DNA from: an uncultured virus (IMG/VR IMGVR_UViG_3300042808_000075)
Taxonomy: Duplodnaviria > Heunggongvirae > Uroviricota > Caudoviricetes
Reading direction: 5' to 3' (one strand)
IMG/VR virus record: IMGVR_UViG_3300042808_000075
DNA: 64,000 bases
Shown: positions 1-9,550 of the stretch, piece by piece
How positions within the stretch are numbered: position 1 is the first letter of the stretch
Layout: the number at the start of each line of letters is the position of its first letter
The notes under the pieces: generated by a model
Seen by the model: only the letters and a program-made list of their open reading frames with translations
Databases searched by the model: none
Told to the model about the DNA's origin: nothing
Translations under genes and position numbers: made by a program

Positions 1-282
1 CTTTAAATTAATATTTTCTTTTGCTTTAGTAATTACCATAGGTATACTAAATTCATATTTTTTCCCTAATAAATTATATAAATAACTAAACTCATCTTGT
101 GTTAAATATCGTTCAGCAAAATAATGATTATGATGTATATCAATACTGTTATCATTTTTATCTCTATAGGTATGTAATAATATATTAATTCCTCCGTTTA
201 TAAAATGTAATTTATTTTTTTATAGAATAAATGCCGTTTTATTAATGTAAACATTATAACATAACAGCATAACAAAGTAAAC

Positions 283-470
283 AAAAACACCTAGAAAAAA
301 TTTATCCAAAAATTTTTACCGTTTTTAAATAAGGGGGTGGGGGTAAATAAAAACACCCTAGAAAAATTTACCAAAAATTTTTTAACTTTTTACAAAGGGG
401 AGGGGGGGTATTATTAATCCTTTAGCCAACTAAAAACACCCTAGAAAAAATACCATAAAATTTAAGGGGG
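283..470 (+). repeat. Three imperfect repeats AAAACACC(C)TAGAAAAA..CCA(A/T)AAA.., each followed by a G-run
   Basis: Copies start at ~283, ~349 and ~432; G-runs GGGGGTGGGGG, GGGGAGGGGGGG, GGGGG. Confidence 0.85.
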
Positions 471-480
471 AACGGTTCGC

Positions 481-504
481 AATTATCTGAATATTCTGAC
501 TATT
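481..504. promoter_or_regulatory. Tandem overlapping CodY-like boxes
   Basis: AATTATCTGAATATTCTGACTATT versus CodY consensus AATTTTCWGAAAATT, two overlapping sites. Confidence 0.4.
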
Positions 505-510
505 TTAGGC

Positions 511-565
511 AAAAACTGGGAATGCAGATTTTAGCTATACAAAACTTTCTGCATTCCCAGTTTTT
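511..565. terminator. Long inverted repeat, likely bidirectional terminator
   Basis: AAAAACTGGGAATGCAGA...TCTGCATTCCCAGTTTTT, 18-bp perfect stem. Confidence 0.75.
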
Positions 566-611
566 ATTTATTATTTTTCTTTTTATATATAATTTCTATT
601 TATTATTTAAC

Positions 612-620
612 TTAGCGCAA
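612..620 (-). CDS. Minigene TTG-CGC-TAA (or GTG-started MIPLR from 629)
   Basis: Own promoter TTGACA(677-682)-17-TGATATAAT; leader AGAAAGGATGTGATTCCA. Confidence 0.5.
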   Translation of the reverse strand: MR

Positions 621-664
621 TGGAATCACATCCTTTCTTTTAGTTTATAATTAATTATATCACT

Positions 665-997
665 TTATTTACCTTTTGTCAAGTGAAAAAGAGAAGTCAT
701 ATGAAAATTGTTATAATTATCAATAATTTCTTGAAGCAGTGTTTTTTCAGACTCTAAATCATCAAGTCTGGCTTTTGCGTAAAGATATTTTTCTTTTGCG
801 CATAATTCTTGTTCAGCTTGGTTAAGCCTTGCATAATGTTTTTGTTTTTCCAATAAAGTTTGAACGCCGACAGCATTAACAATTTTGCAGAAAACATCCT
901 TATGTAAATCAAGGATAATATAAAGGTCGGTTAATTTATCAAGTTGTTCTTGTGTAATTTTATTTCTCAGCCGTTCGTTAGCTTCTTCAAGATTCAT
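665..997 (-). CDS. Hypothetical protein
   Basis: 110 aa ORF, AAGGAGG RBS. Confidence 0.8.
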   Translation of the reverse strand: MNLEEANERLRNKITQEQLDKLTDLYIILDLHKDVFCKIVNAVGVQTLLEKQKHYARLNQAEQELCAKEKYLYAKARLDDLESEKTLLQEIIDNYNNFHMTSLFHLTKGK

Positions 998-1017
998 AAT
1001 AAATCTTCCTCCTTTTG

Positions 1018-1443
1018 TTATCTGTATATATGTTTGACTGTAAGTTTGTATTTTTTGATAACGTCATTAGCTTCATTTAGCCAACGTTCTTTTTGTGATT
1101 CAATCCAGATATTTAATTGTTCTTTGGTTTGGCAGGTATTTTTTAATTGTTCTACTTCTTGAATAGAAGTTCGCCAAAGATTTGCGCAATAGTCAAGTTT
1201 ATTTTGTTGCATCCAATACCAACCATTTTCAAGTGCGTACATAGGCATTCCGTCATCGTCGGCAAGGTGTAATGCAACAACATCTTTTAAGTCAGGGAAT
1301 TCTTTAAGGATTTCTTTATGAATGCACCCAGAAACATCGTCTTTTATATTACCTGTTACACTGAAAGAAGGTTTTTTATTTCCTTTGATATGGGTAAGTT
1401 CAATATCTACAGTTAATAATCCATTTTTGCTTTGCAAATGCAT
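1018..1443 (-). CDS. Hypothetical phage protein
   Basis: 141 aa ORF, GAGG RBS, own promoter. Confidence 0.85.
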   Translation of the reverse strand: MHLQSKNGLLTVDIELTHIKGNKKPSFSVTGNIKDDVSGCIHKEILKEFPDLKDVVALHLADDDGMPMYALENGWYWMQQNKLDYCANLWRTSIQEVEQLKNTCQTKEQLNIWIESQKERWLNEANDVIKKYKLTVKHIYR

Positions 1444-1522
1444 TTTATTTACCTCTATTTGTTTTTACTTTATGATTAATTATAGCATTTTATTTTACAA
1501 ATGTAAAGCAAAAATTAATAAC

Positions 1523-1726
1523 TTATATCTTTTTTCTTTGTTTCAAATCTTCATGAATTAAGTTTGCCATTTCTTTTAAATCTTTATTGTCATATTGTAA
1601 ATCGTGCAAAAAATATAAAATATACATAATATCTTCTGCTGATTTATTAGTTTTTTGCATTAACATTTCAATCGTTCGCCAATATTCGCCTGTTTTAGTG
1701 CCGCCAATATTGCAAGCATTTGACAT
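1523..1726 (-). CDS. Hypothetical protein (start revised to MSNAC)
   Basis: RBS-like AAGGATGGTG upstream of ATG at 1726. Confidence 0.6.
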   Translation of the reverse strand: MSNACNIGGTKTGEYWRTIEMLMQKTNKSAEDIMYILYFLHDLQYDNKDLKEMANLIHEDLKQRKKI

Positions 1727-1740
1727 AATTACACCATCCT

Positions 1741-2037
1741 TTATTCTACATAAGCAGAAATTACTTTTACTAATTTGCAATTATTGTTTTTTGACATTTC
1801 ATTTAAAACAGGAGTTTCACCATGTTTAATAAAACCATATACAATAAATGTATCTTCATAGGGTTTAAGGTTTACATAATCAATTTTATCACAAAGATTT
1901 TTAAAATATAATTCCACGTCTTTTTTGATTTTAATTGAATGAATACCTAATTCTGTTTTGATATAAAAGTTTAAATGGGAGAATGGTTCTTCAATATTAT
2001 ATCCAATGTTTTCATATCGATATTTTTTAAAATTCAT
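1741..2037 (-). CDS. Hypothetical protein
   Basis: 98 aa, AAGGAG RBS, promoter. Confidence 0.75.
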   Translation of the reverse strand: MNFKKYRYENIGYNIEEPFSHLNFYIKTELGIHSIKIKKDVELYFKNLCDKIDYVNLKPYEDTFIVYGFIKHGETPVLNEMSKNNNCKLVKVISAYVE

Positions 2038-2141
2038 TTGTACAACTCCTTTAATTTACTTTAGTTTATAATTAATTATAACATATATATTTAAATTTGT
2101 AAAGAAAAAAACCATCTTTTGTTAAGATGGTTTTAGTTATT

Positions 2142-2999
2142 TTATTCTTCTTCGGTATGTTTTTCTTCTTTGATATTAAGGATATAGTTGGATGCTTTTT
2201 TTGCTTGACTTGCGGCATATACTAGCCATTTTTCGGAATCTTTATTTTGCAATTTTCTAATCCAAGATTGGATATAGTTTGCTGAATTTTTAAGAGTATG
2301 ATTTTCAATTTCAGCATATCCACAAAGGAAAGCGGAAGTCATTTCGGCTACTAATTCTTCCTGAGAATATGCTTCACTACCGAATCGGCTGGCTTCAGTA
2401 ATACCTTTTCTATTTAACCGGGATTTGTGTCCTGCGCTATGAGCCAGTTCGTGAAACAGAGTAGAGTAATATTCTTCTTTAACTTCGTATTGGTCAATAT
2501 CAGGAACAAAAACTTCATCGGTAATGGGTTTGTAGTAAGCTTCATTACCGTTATAGATGGCAGGTTTATTTTGGTATTCTATTATGATTTCTTCACAAGC
2601 TTGAATTTTGTCATGTTGGATATTATCGAATGCTTTACGTTTGGAAGTAAGACCTTCACATTGGGTATTGATTTCAAAAACGTTATAGTATCTCAGGAGA
2701 GGGATAGTAGTTTTTTCGATTTTATTGTTGATAGGGTTGGTTTTTTCAGAAGGAATCATTTTCCAGAATACTACGATATGTGATTTTTCTCCTTTTTTAA
2801 CTTTACCGCCGTTTTTTGAGATGGTATTAAAGGTAGCATATTCACCTTGTGGAAGGATGAAAGCGTTAATGCCTGTATATGGTCTTTGGTTATCCCAAGA
2901 GACAGCGCAATTTGTTTTATTCCAAGGTTTACGCCAAGGGATAGTTCCTTTTTCTAATTGGTCGATGATTTTTTGGGTAACGATTTCATATACATTCAT
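2142..2999 (-). CDS. ardC: ArdC-like ssDNA-binding antirestriction protein with zincin-like domain
   Basis: IPWRKPW, YTGIN, LRYYNVF, HELAH and YSQEELVAEM motifs. Confidence 0.9.
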   Translation of the reverse strand: MNVYEIVTQKIIDQLEKGTIPWRKPWNKTNCAVSWDNQRPYTGINAFILPQGEYATFNTISKNGGKVKKGEKSHIVVFWKMIPSEKTNPINNKIEKTTIPLLRYYNVFEINTQCEGLTSKRKAFDNIQHDKIQACEEIIIEYQNKPAIYNGNEAYYKPITDEVFVPDIDQYEVKEEYYSTLFHELAHSAGHKSRLNRKGITEASRFGSEAYSQEELVAEMTSAFLCGYAEIENHTLKNSANYIQSWIRKLQNKDSEKWLVYAASQAKKASNYILNIKEEKHTEEE

Positions 3000-3106
3000 T
3001 ATTTATTACCGCCCTTTCATTTACCTTATGATTAATTATAGCATTTTAATTTACATTTGTAAAGAAAAAATTAATAATATATAATTAATTAAATATTCTT
3101 ATAATT

Positions 3107-3144
3107 AAAGAAAGGCATCTCTCGGAATCAGACCCCCATCCTCT
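3107..3144 (-). ncRNA. Candidate small RNA, copy 1
   Basis: AGAGGATGGGGGTCTGATTCCGAGAGATGCC plus T-tract behind TTTACA(3174)-17-TATAAT(3151). Confidence 0.55.
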
Positions 3145-3215
3145 GATTTAATTATACTATATATATTTATATTTGTAAATAAAAAACCACCTTTTTATTA
3201 GGTGGTTTTAATGAT

Positions 3216-4247
3216 TTATTTTTCGTAAATAACTGTTCTATTGGAAGTGATTTTAGTAATATCTTCGGCGTAAATTTCTTTAATTGGTTTTTGGCTATTG
3301 CGTTTACCTGTTTTAATACTCCAATTGGTTGCTTTATAGGTGGAAATATAGTTTCCATAAATTAATGCATTGATTAACATATCGATAGGATAAGATACTT
3401 CAATAATTTGTCCTTCGATACTTTCTTCATAACGTCTGTTTTTATTTTTATCTTTCCCCATGATGTAAAGTTTTACTGTTTTGACATAGCTTTTTAATGG
3501 GATAAGTGCTTCATAAAGTTCTTTCTTAATTTGTTCTTTTTCGTCTGGTTTGTGATTGTTGATTTTTTCATTTATCAGATAGTATTTTTTCAAATAACGA
3601 ATCAAACCAAAATACTGTTCTGTTGTTTTGAATTCTTTTTCAAAGTTTTCCATTTCTTTTTGGGTATCAAGAATGTAATTGAGAATTTTTTTGTTTGAAA
3701 TTTCATGGCGAATAATGGGTTTAAATTCAAAAGGTTGGTTTTTTGTATAACATTCTTTCCAGTCGGAGTTTTCAATTTCTTCCTCAGTGATAGGTTGATT
3801 AATGAACGAATCAGGAATATCATTAGCGGTCTTGTATGTTGTTTGTAATTCATCAAAAATTGTTTGCAAACAATTTTTATTAAATTGTTCTTTAATGGTT
3901 TCAAGACCTTTGCCTAGCCAGTGGTAATTGTTTTCTTTGCTATTGACTATGATTTTATATGGAACATCAAAAAGTTTATCAACTTTTTTCACATACACGC
4001 CAGAATATTTTAATTCACTTCTTGATTCTGTGATATCATTGATAAAGTCATTGTCTTTAAGCACAACAGCAGTAGAAAAAATAACAATAAAATCTCCGTG
4101 ATCAACTTTAGAATACAAATCTCCATAGAGCCGGTTTTCGCTAAATGTTGTATCAAAAAGAGCAATGTTATTTTGTGTTTTATCTTTTAAAAATGCGTAG
4201 AATTTTTCGCAATATTCCTCGTTGCTAAGTTTTTTAAAATTGTTCAT
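3216..4247 (-). CDS. Hypothetical protein, paralog of 9551..10579
   Basis: 343 aa; near-identical N- and C-termini to the paralog. Confidence 0.9.
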   Translation of the reverse strand: MNNFKKLSNEEYCEKFYAFLKDKTQNNIALFDTTFSENRLYGDLYSKVDHGDFIVIFSTAVVLKDNDFINDITESRSELKYSGVYVKKVDKLFDVPYKIIVNSKENNYHWLGKGLETIKEQFNKNCLQTIFDELQTTYKTANDIPDSFINQPITEEEIENSDWKECYTKNQPFEFKPIIRHEISNKKILNYILDTQKEMENFEKEFKTTEQYFGLIRYLKKYYLINEKINNHKPDEKEQIKKELYEALIPLKSYVKTVKLYIMGKDKNKNRRYEESIEGQIIEVSYPIDMLINALIYGNYISTYKATNWSIKTGKRNSQKPIKEIYAEDITKITSNRTVIYEK

Positions 4248-4406
4248 TTTATATATCTCCTTTGTTTTTAATTTATAATTTATTATAACATATTTCGTTT
4301 ACAATTGTCAAATATTTTTTATGTAAATAAAAAGTTATTTTTTTATTTACATAAAAGCAACAAAATGATATAATTAATAATAAAGTAATAGAAAGGATAA
4401 ATAACG

Positions 4407-4559
4407 ATGAACAGATATCTAGGTTATTTTGAAGGAAAAGAATATGAAGTATTTGCAAATACTTCACATGAAGCACGACAAGAGTTAGCAAAAAAATTAG
4501 ACATATTTAACATGAGAATATCAGAGCTTATTAGAATTGTAAAACAAAAAAGAAAATAA
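4407..4559 (+). CDS. 50-aa hypothetical protein, paralog of 11161..11334
   Basis: MNRYLGYFEGKEYEVFANTSHEARQ...; own + strand promoter and RBS; absent from ORF track. Confidence 0.75.
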   Translation: MNRYLGYFEGKEYEVFANTSHEARQELAKKLDIFNMRISELIRIVKQKRK

Positions 4560-4580
4560 TAACATTAAAAAAAGAGGTAT

Positions 4581-5090
4581 TTAACCTCTTTTTTTCTTCC
4601 TTTCGTTTTTTATTTTGTTGAGTTCAACAATTTTTTCTTCGTATTGTTTAATTTTTTCTTTTAGATAAATAATTCTTGGATGATTGCTATTGGCTAATGA
4701 TTCGATAGTTGTTGAATTGGTGAAGCTATTCACTATTTGACTAACACCGATAATTGATTCAAGGGCGAATATGTTTTGATTTAATTTTCTTATCATTTTT
4801 CGGCAATTTGATATTTGTTTATTTTCCAGATAGTTTTCTTTGTTTGTTTGTTTGCGTTTGTTTTGTTTTTCATTTTCCTTTCGTTTTTTTTCTTCTTCTT
4901 TTTCATATTGCAATTCAAGTTTTTGCTCGTAAGTTTTTCTTCTTGCATCGAAAAATGCGACTAATTCATCAAGTTCCATTTCGCCGTATAAATCACCATG
5001 TTCGCATGGATGAAATGAATCTGGATGTTGTTGGCAATGATCGCCTTTTAGTGGGCATTCGTCGCAATCATTTATTTCGTTAAATTTCAT
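4581..5090 (-). CDS. Hypothetical protein, N-terminal Cys cluster and coiled coil
   Basis: CDECPLKGDHC..PC motif. Confidence 0.8.
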   Translation of the reverse strand: MKFNEINDCDECPLKGDHCQQHPDSFHPCEHGDLYGEMELDELVAFFDARRKTYEQKLELQYEKEEEKKRKENEKQNKRKQTNKENYLENKQISNCRKMIRKLNQNIFALESIIGVSQIVNSFTNSTTIESLANSNHPRIIYLKEKIKQYEEKIVELNKIKNERKKKRG

Positions 5091-5212
5091 TTTATTTACA
5101 CCGTCTTTTCGTTTTTATTAATTTAATTATACTATATTTATTTATATTCGTAAAGAAAAAAGCCGACTTTTTTATGTCGGCTTTTAATTTTAAATGGTAT
5201 ATTGTTTGTAAA

Positions 5213-5380
5213 TTAATAAAATTCTTGGTTTAAATCATTGTATTCTTGCCATGCAAGCTGTTCTAATTCTTTTAATTTTTCCGTCATTTCTTCTGGCGTG
5301 TGATTGGTTTTTAAAAAATTATGAATATCCCAAGCCAATTGTTTCCAATGTTGCGTTGTGTCCCAAAGCTGTGTTGCCAT
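5213..5380 (-). CDS. 55-aa hypothetical protein
   Basis: MATQLWDTTQHW...; AAGGAG RBS; absent from ORF track. Confidence 0.7.
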   Translation of the reverse strand: MATQLWDTTQHWKQLAWDIHNFLKTNHTPEEMTEKLKELEQLAWQEYNDLNQEFY

Positions 5381-5439
5381 TTTTTGATATCTCCTTTTTA
5401 ATTATGATTATTTGTTTTTGTGATTTATAAGATTGTTGA

Positions 5440-5952
5440 TTAATTAGTGGTTTTATTTTCGTATACTTTAATTAATGTTCTATAGTGCAACCTTTGGATA
5501 TTGTAGCCGCCAGCGGTGATTGTATTAATGGTTACGGTTGCAATGGTTCCTTTTATAGTTCCATTGATTTCACCGTTCATAATTTGAAGATAAGCTTCTT
5601 GAATAGTGCCAGCTTTTTCCTCTATATTTTTCAAAAACAATTTGATTCTTTTTTTTGCTTCTTTTTCAGTGTTTTCTAATACTTTATTTTTTTGGTATTC
5701 ATTGTGAATACTGATAATCAAATGTTTGTCGTTATAGTTTACTTTGTGTTTTCTCCACCATTTTTCTAATTCTTTATATTGTGCCATTTGTTCTTTTGCT
5801 GAATCAATTGTTTTTGGTATTGGCATAATTTCATCAAGTCTTGCCTTTTCTGCTTTGTATGCTTTATGCATATTGTAATACCAATTAATAGTTGCGTTTT
5901 TCCAATTTTCAATAAATTGGTTTAATTGTTCAGTTAGATTATTATTTTGCAT
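5440..5952 (-). CDS. Hypothetical phage protein; C-terminus related to 63367..63957
   Basis: TITAGGYNIQRLHYRTLI motif. Confidence 0.85.
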   Translation of the reverse strand: MQNNNLTEQLNQFIENWKNATINWYYNMHKAYKAEKARLDEIMPIPKTIDSAKEQMAQYKELEKWWRKHKVNYNDKHLIISIHNEYQKNKVLENTEKEAKKRIKLFLKNIEEKAGTIQEAYLQIMNGEINGTIKGTIATVTINTITAGGYNIQRLHYRTLIKVYENKTTN

Positions 5953-6031
5953 TTAATTATCTCCTTTTTATTTTAATTATATCAAATTATTTTATATTTG
6001 TAAATAAATAAACGAGGGAATAATCCCCCGT

Positions 6032-6511
6032 TTATTTTGTTAAATCAGGAACATTTCTTTCAATGTTTTTTTGAATGGCGATATTGATTCTTTCTTGGTT
6101 TTCAGTATTAATAAAAGCAAACCAATGATTTTCAATATCCCACCAGAAATTGCATTTTGTATATGATTTTTTTAAACCATTAATTGCTTCATAAATACCG
6201 ACAACTTCTTTGGTGTTATGATATGGTTTTTTTGAGAAGATTTTTATCCACATAGAAACATCTTCCAAATCATTTTTATCTGCAAAGATAAAAATATATT
6301 TTGGTGTTTCATCTTTTGTTTTTAATTTGATTTTTTTAAATTTGTAAGTTTGATGATTTTTCAAAATATGTTTATATGATTGTGGCAATGCTCCGAATTC
6401 AAATTCAGAACTACCCATATAATCAAATCTAACTAAAGAATCCAAGCCATTGATTTCATTGTCTTGGGTGTTATTAAATTCACCTCTTTGAATTAACCAA
6501 GGTTGTTGCAT
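6032..6511 (-). CDS. Hypothetical phage protein
   Basis: FDYMGSSEFEFGALP motif; cassette promoter and RBS. Confidence 0.85.
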   Translation of the reverse strand: MQQPWLIQRGEFNNTQDNEINGLDSLVRFDYMGSSEFEFGALPQSYKHILKNHQTYKFKKIKLKTKDETPKYIFIFADKNDLEDVSMWIKIFSKKPYHNTKEVVGIYEAINGLKKSYTKCNFWWDIENHWFAFINTENQERINIAIQKNIERNVPDLTK

Positions 6512-6585
6512 GTTTTTCTCTCCTTTTTTATTTTAATTATAACATTTTATATTTGTAAAGGAAAAACAGGGAATTACCCCTGTTT

Positions 6586-6981
6586 TTATTTAATAAGTTT
6601 AATAACAGTTTCGGCAATATCCACATAAGCTTCAAATTTGTTTTTCATTTTATAAAAATCTGTTCTATAAAGTTTGTCAAAAATAGCGTTATTGATTTCT
6701 TGTTTTTTTTGTTCATTGATATCATGACAATAAATGCCAGATTCAACAAACAATTCTTGTTTAAATTCATCCCAAACTTGATTGATTTGTTTTCTGTATT
6801 CATCCATTTGATTGCGGTATTTTTCATTAACAGCAAGTTTTGCTTTTTCTTTTTCTTCGTTGATTTGGATTTGTGTTCCCACAAAATTTTCCTCAATGTT
6901 TTTAATTGTTTCTTTTAATAATTTACTTCTGTCAGGGTGTGCAATTGCATTCATTTTTTCTTCAAAATAAGACAAGTTCAT
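6586..6981 (-). CDS. Hypothetical protein (family with 26201 and 54575)
   Basis: QINQVWDEFKQELF motif. Confidence 0.85.
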   Translation of the reverse strand: MNLSYFEEKMNAIAHPDRSKLLKETIKNIEENFVGTQIQINEEKEKAKLAVNEKYRNQMDEYRKQINQVWDEFKQELFVESGIYCHDINEQKKQEINNAIFDKLYRTDFYKMKNKFEAYVDIAETVIKLIK

Positions 6982-7077
6982 TTTGTTTATCTCCTTTTTA
7001 TTTTAATTATATCATAATTTTTTATTTTTGTAAAGAAAAAACGATATATTTAAAAACATATCGTTTGATTTAGTTTT

Positions 7078-7398
7078 TTAAATTGATAAATACAATCCTG
7101 TTGTTTGTTCAAAAATGTTTTTCAATTGATCACAATATACATTTTTAAATTCAACAACATTTTTTTCTTTCATAGTTGAAGGTGAAACATGATAAATTTT
7201 CATTGTGTAGGTATCATTTTCAGATAAGCAAATTTCCACTTTGTTGAATTTACGACTACCGCAGAATTTAAACCGCACACCAGATTCCAAAGTGAGAAAC
7301 AAGCTGGCACTGATCATGGTTTTTAACTTTCCAAATCCACCCATTTGACTAATGATGGTTTTTGAAATAACTTGCCTTTCTTCCGGTGTATATTGCAT
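7078..7398 (-). CDS. Hypothetical phage protein
   Basis: 106 aa; cassette promoter and RBS. Confidence 0.85.
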   Translation of the reverse strand: MQYTPEERQVISKTIISQMGGFGKLKTMISASLFLTLESGVRFKFCGSRKFNKVEICLSENDTYTMKIYHVSPSTMKEKNVVEFKNVYCDQLKNIFEQTTGLYLSI

Positions 7399-7454
7399 TG
7401 TATTATCTCCTTTTTATTTTAATTATATCATATTTATTTATATTTGTAAATAAA

Positions 7455-7610
7455 TTATTGAATTAGTGATACATTTTTTTCAAATTCATTTCTACTCATG
7501 CAAACTAAATAGCCTTTTTCGTTATAAAAAAACACTTCTTCGCTATGCTTCTCGTCAAGCTGAACAATTTCATCATGAAGTTTATAGAATTCGCCAATAA
7601 TTAATTGCAT
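7455..7610 (-). CDS. 51-aa hypothetical protein
   Basis: MQLIIGEFYKLHDE...; own promoter and RBS; absent from ORF track. Confidence 0.7.
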   Translation of the reverse strand: MQLIIGEFYKLHDEIVQLDEKHSEEVFFYNEKGYLVCMSRNEFEKNVSLIQ

Positions 7611-7683
7611 TTGATTATCTCCTTTTATTTTAATTATATCATATTTATTTATATTTGTAAATAAAAAAGCTAACTTTTAAAAG

Positions 7684-8841
7684 TTAGCTTTCAATAACTT
7701 TAACTCTAGTTAATACTGTTTCTTTTATATTGTTAAATACATGATGTTCTTTTACTGTTCCTTTGATTTCGTATTCACCATTTAATTCTAATGTGTTTTT
7801 TGTGGTGAACCAAGTCAATATGTTTCCTTCTTTAGATTTAAACTTGTATAAATAATTTACCCCGTATGCTGTATCAATTGCCCGTTTAAATATAACAACA
7901 ACTTCGACAGTTATTTTATCATTGATATTTGCAACATGATTTGAATTGTTGTTGTTTGATTTTTCTTTTGTTTGTTGTTTTAAATAAACAGCTATTGCAG
8001 AACAAACAAGGTTTATGTTTTTGTTTTCAATATATTTTGTTTTCAGTATGGTTTGAAGATTATAGATATAGTCATTTTCGTTATTTAACGCAAGAACGGT
8101 TTCAAGAATTTTTTCTGCTACTAAAAAATCTTTCTCGGTTGGTTGATGTTGTTCAAATTCTTTTTTATCACTAGGTAATTTTGTCCAATTTGAATTCATG
8201 TAAATTCTCAATTTATCTGCTGTTGAAGGGATGTATTTATTTTTCATTTGTGATTCTTCTTTTGCTTGTGTAGAACTTTTCCAGCCATATTTTTCAACCA
8301 AATTATTAGTTCTTGCTAATATTTCAATTACATCATAGTAAATTGCACTAGATTCATTGTTAACTATTTCTTTGTTTAAATCTTCAAACATTCCCATATA
8401 CCAAAATAATTTTCTTGTATCAGTAGAACGAGTAAATAACTTCAAACATGTTTTGCCAATTTGTTTAAATTCCTTTGTAATGGTGTTTTGAATAATATAC
8501 GTGTCGTTTCTTGCCCGTTTTGTCTTGCAATGATCACAAGTACATTGCACAGTACGAAAGTATTCTGGTACAGGGTTTCCGCTAATGTTATTGATTACAT
8601 TACCAACATCAAAATGTTGTATGGTGGCAATGAATTGCCAATTAGATAGTTTTGGCAATTCACCGATAATTTCACCTGTACAATATTTGATAATGTTGTT
8701 GTTTTTGTCTTTATCAAATACTTCTTGTTTGGTAATGGTAATTGGTTGCAAATTTAATGAAATAGCTTTCCGGTTAAATTTCTCTATTTTATTTAAGAGA
8801 GTGTTGAAAAACTGTTCTGGTATTTTATATTTATTTATCAT
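7684..8841 (-). CDS. Hypothetical phage protein with CDHC motif and probable C-terminal OB-fold
   Basis: CDHC..R.RN..Y, IGKTCL, TVKEH..TVLTR; start at MINKY after AAGGAGG. Confidence 0.8.
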   Translation of the reverse strand: MINKYKIPEQFFNTLLNKIEKFNRKAISLNLQPITITKQEVFDKDKNNNIIKYCTGEIIGELPKLSNWQFIATIQHFDVGNVINNISGNPVPEYFRTVQCTCDHCKTKRARNDTYIIQNTITKEFKQIGKTCLKLFTRSTDTRKLFWYMGMFEDLNKEIVNNESSAIYYDVIEILARTNNLVEKYGWKSSTQAKEESQMKNKYIPSTADKLRIYMNSNWTKLPSDKKEFEQHQPTEKDFLVAEKILETVLALNNENDYIYNLQTILKTKYIENKNINLVCSAIAVYLKQQTKEKSNNNNSNHVANINDKITVEVVVIFKRAIDTAYGVNYLYKFKSKEGNILTWFTTKNTLELNGEYEIKGTVKEHHVFNNIKETVLTRVKVIES

Positions 8842-8930
8842 GTTATTTACCTCCTTTTTATAATTCAATTATATCAAATAAGTTTATATTTGTAAAGAAA
8901 AAACCACTATTATATAGTGGTTTTCTTTTT

Positions 8931-9455
8931 TTAGCGAAAGATTTTAAAATTTAACTGTTCACGAAACACTGATGTAGTTTTTTTGTTGAATTGGTCAATC
9001 ATATCATAAATTTTCATATATTCTTCTGCCAATTCATCCAGTTTGGAAAGATCATTTTCAAATCGTTGTTTTATTGTAATCAGAGCCTGTTTTTCTCTTT
9101 CAAATTCTTCCAATGCATTTTCTGCATTTAGCCGTTTTTCATCCAAACAAGTGGCTAGAATTTCATTGGAATAATAATTTCTTTGTCTTGACACATTGTG
9201 TAAAAAAATTTCAAAATTCAGTGTTTGTTTTTTGTATTGGTAAAAATTAATATTGCAATGATATTCCTTTGTACAGATTTCTTGAATGGCAGTGAAGAAT
9301 TTTTTATTGATAACTTTTTTGTCAAATTTCAGTGTTACTTCTTTGATTTTATCGATAATTAACATAATTGCGTTGATAGCTTTGATTTCTTGTGAAAGGT
9401 TTTCTCTAGTCATCTCTTTAAGCGTAAGTGTATATTCCATTTGGGATTTATTCAT
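8931..9455 (-). CDS. Hypothetical protein
   Basis: 174 aa; cassette promoter and RBS. Confidence 0.85.
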   Translation of the reverse strand: MNKSQMEYTLTLKEMTRENLSQEIKAINAIMLIIDKIKEVTLKFDKKVINKKFFTAIQEICTKEYHCNINFYQYKKQTLNFEIFLHNVSRQRNYYSNEILATCLDEKRLNAENALEEFEREKQALITIKQRFENDLSKLDELAEEYMKIYDMIDQFNKKTTSVFREQLNFKIFR

Positions 9456-9550
9456 TGTTCTTATCTCCTTTTTATTTTATAATTTATTATAACATATATA
9501 TTTAAAAATGTAAAGAAAAAACCACCTTTTTATTAGGTGGTTTTAATGAT

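Noticed and set aside
1..200. Gene after the GGAGG at ~190
   Set aside because: Starts with ATA, stops after ~49 codons and lies at the window edge; cannot be supported
3114..3144. Repeated sRNA as a hammerhead, fluoride/preQ1 riboswitch or tmRNA 5' end
   Set aside because: Only short word similarities; the required cores and pairings are absent
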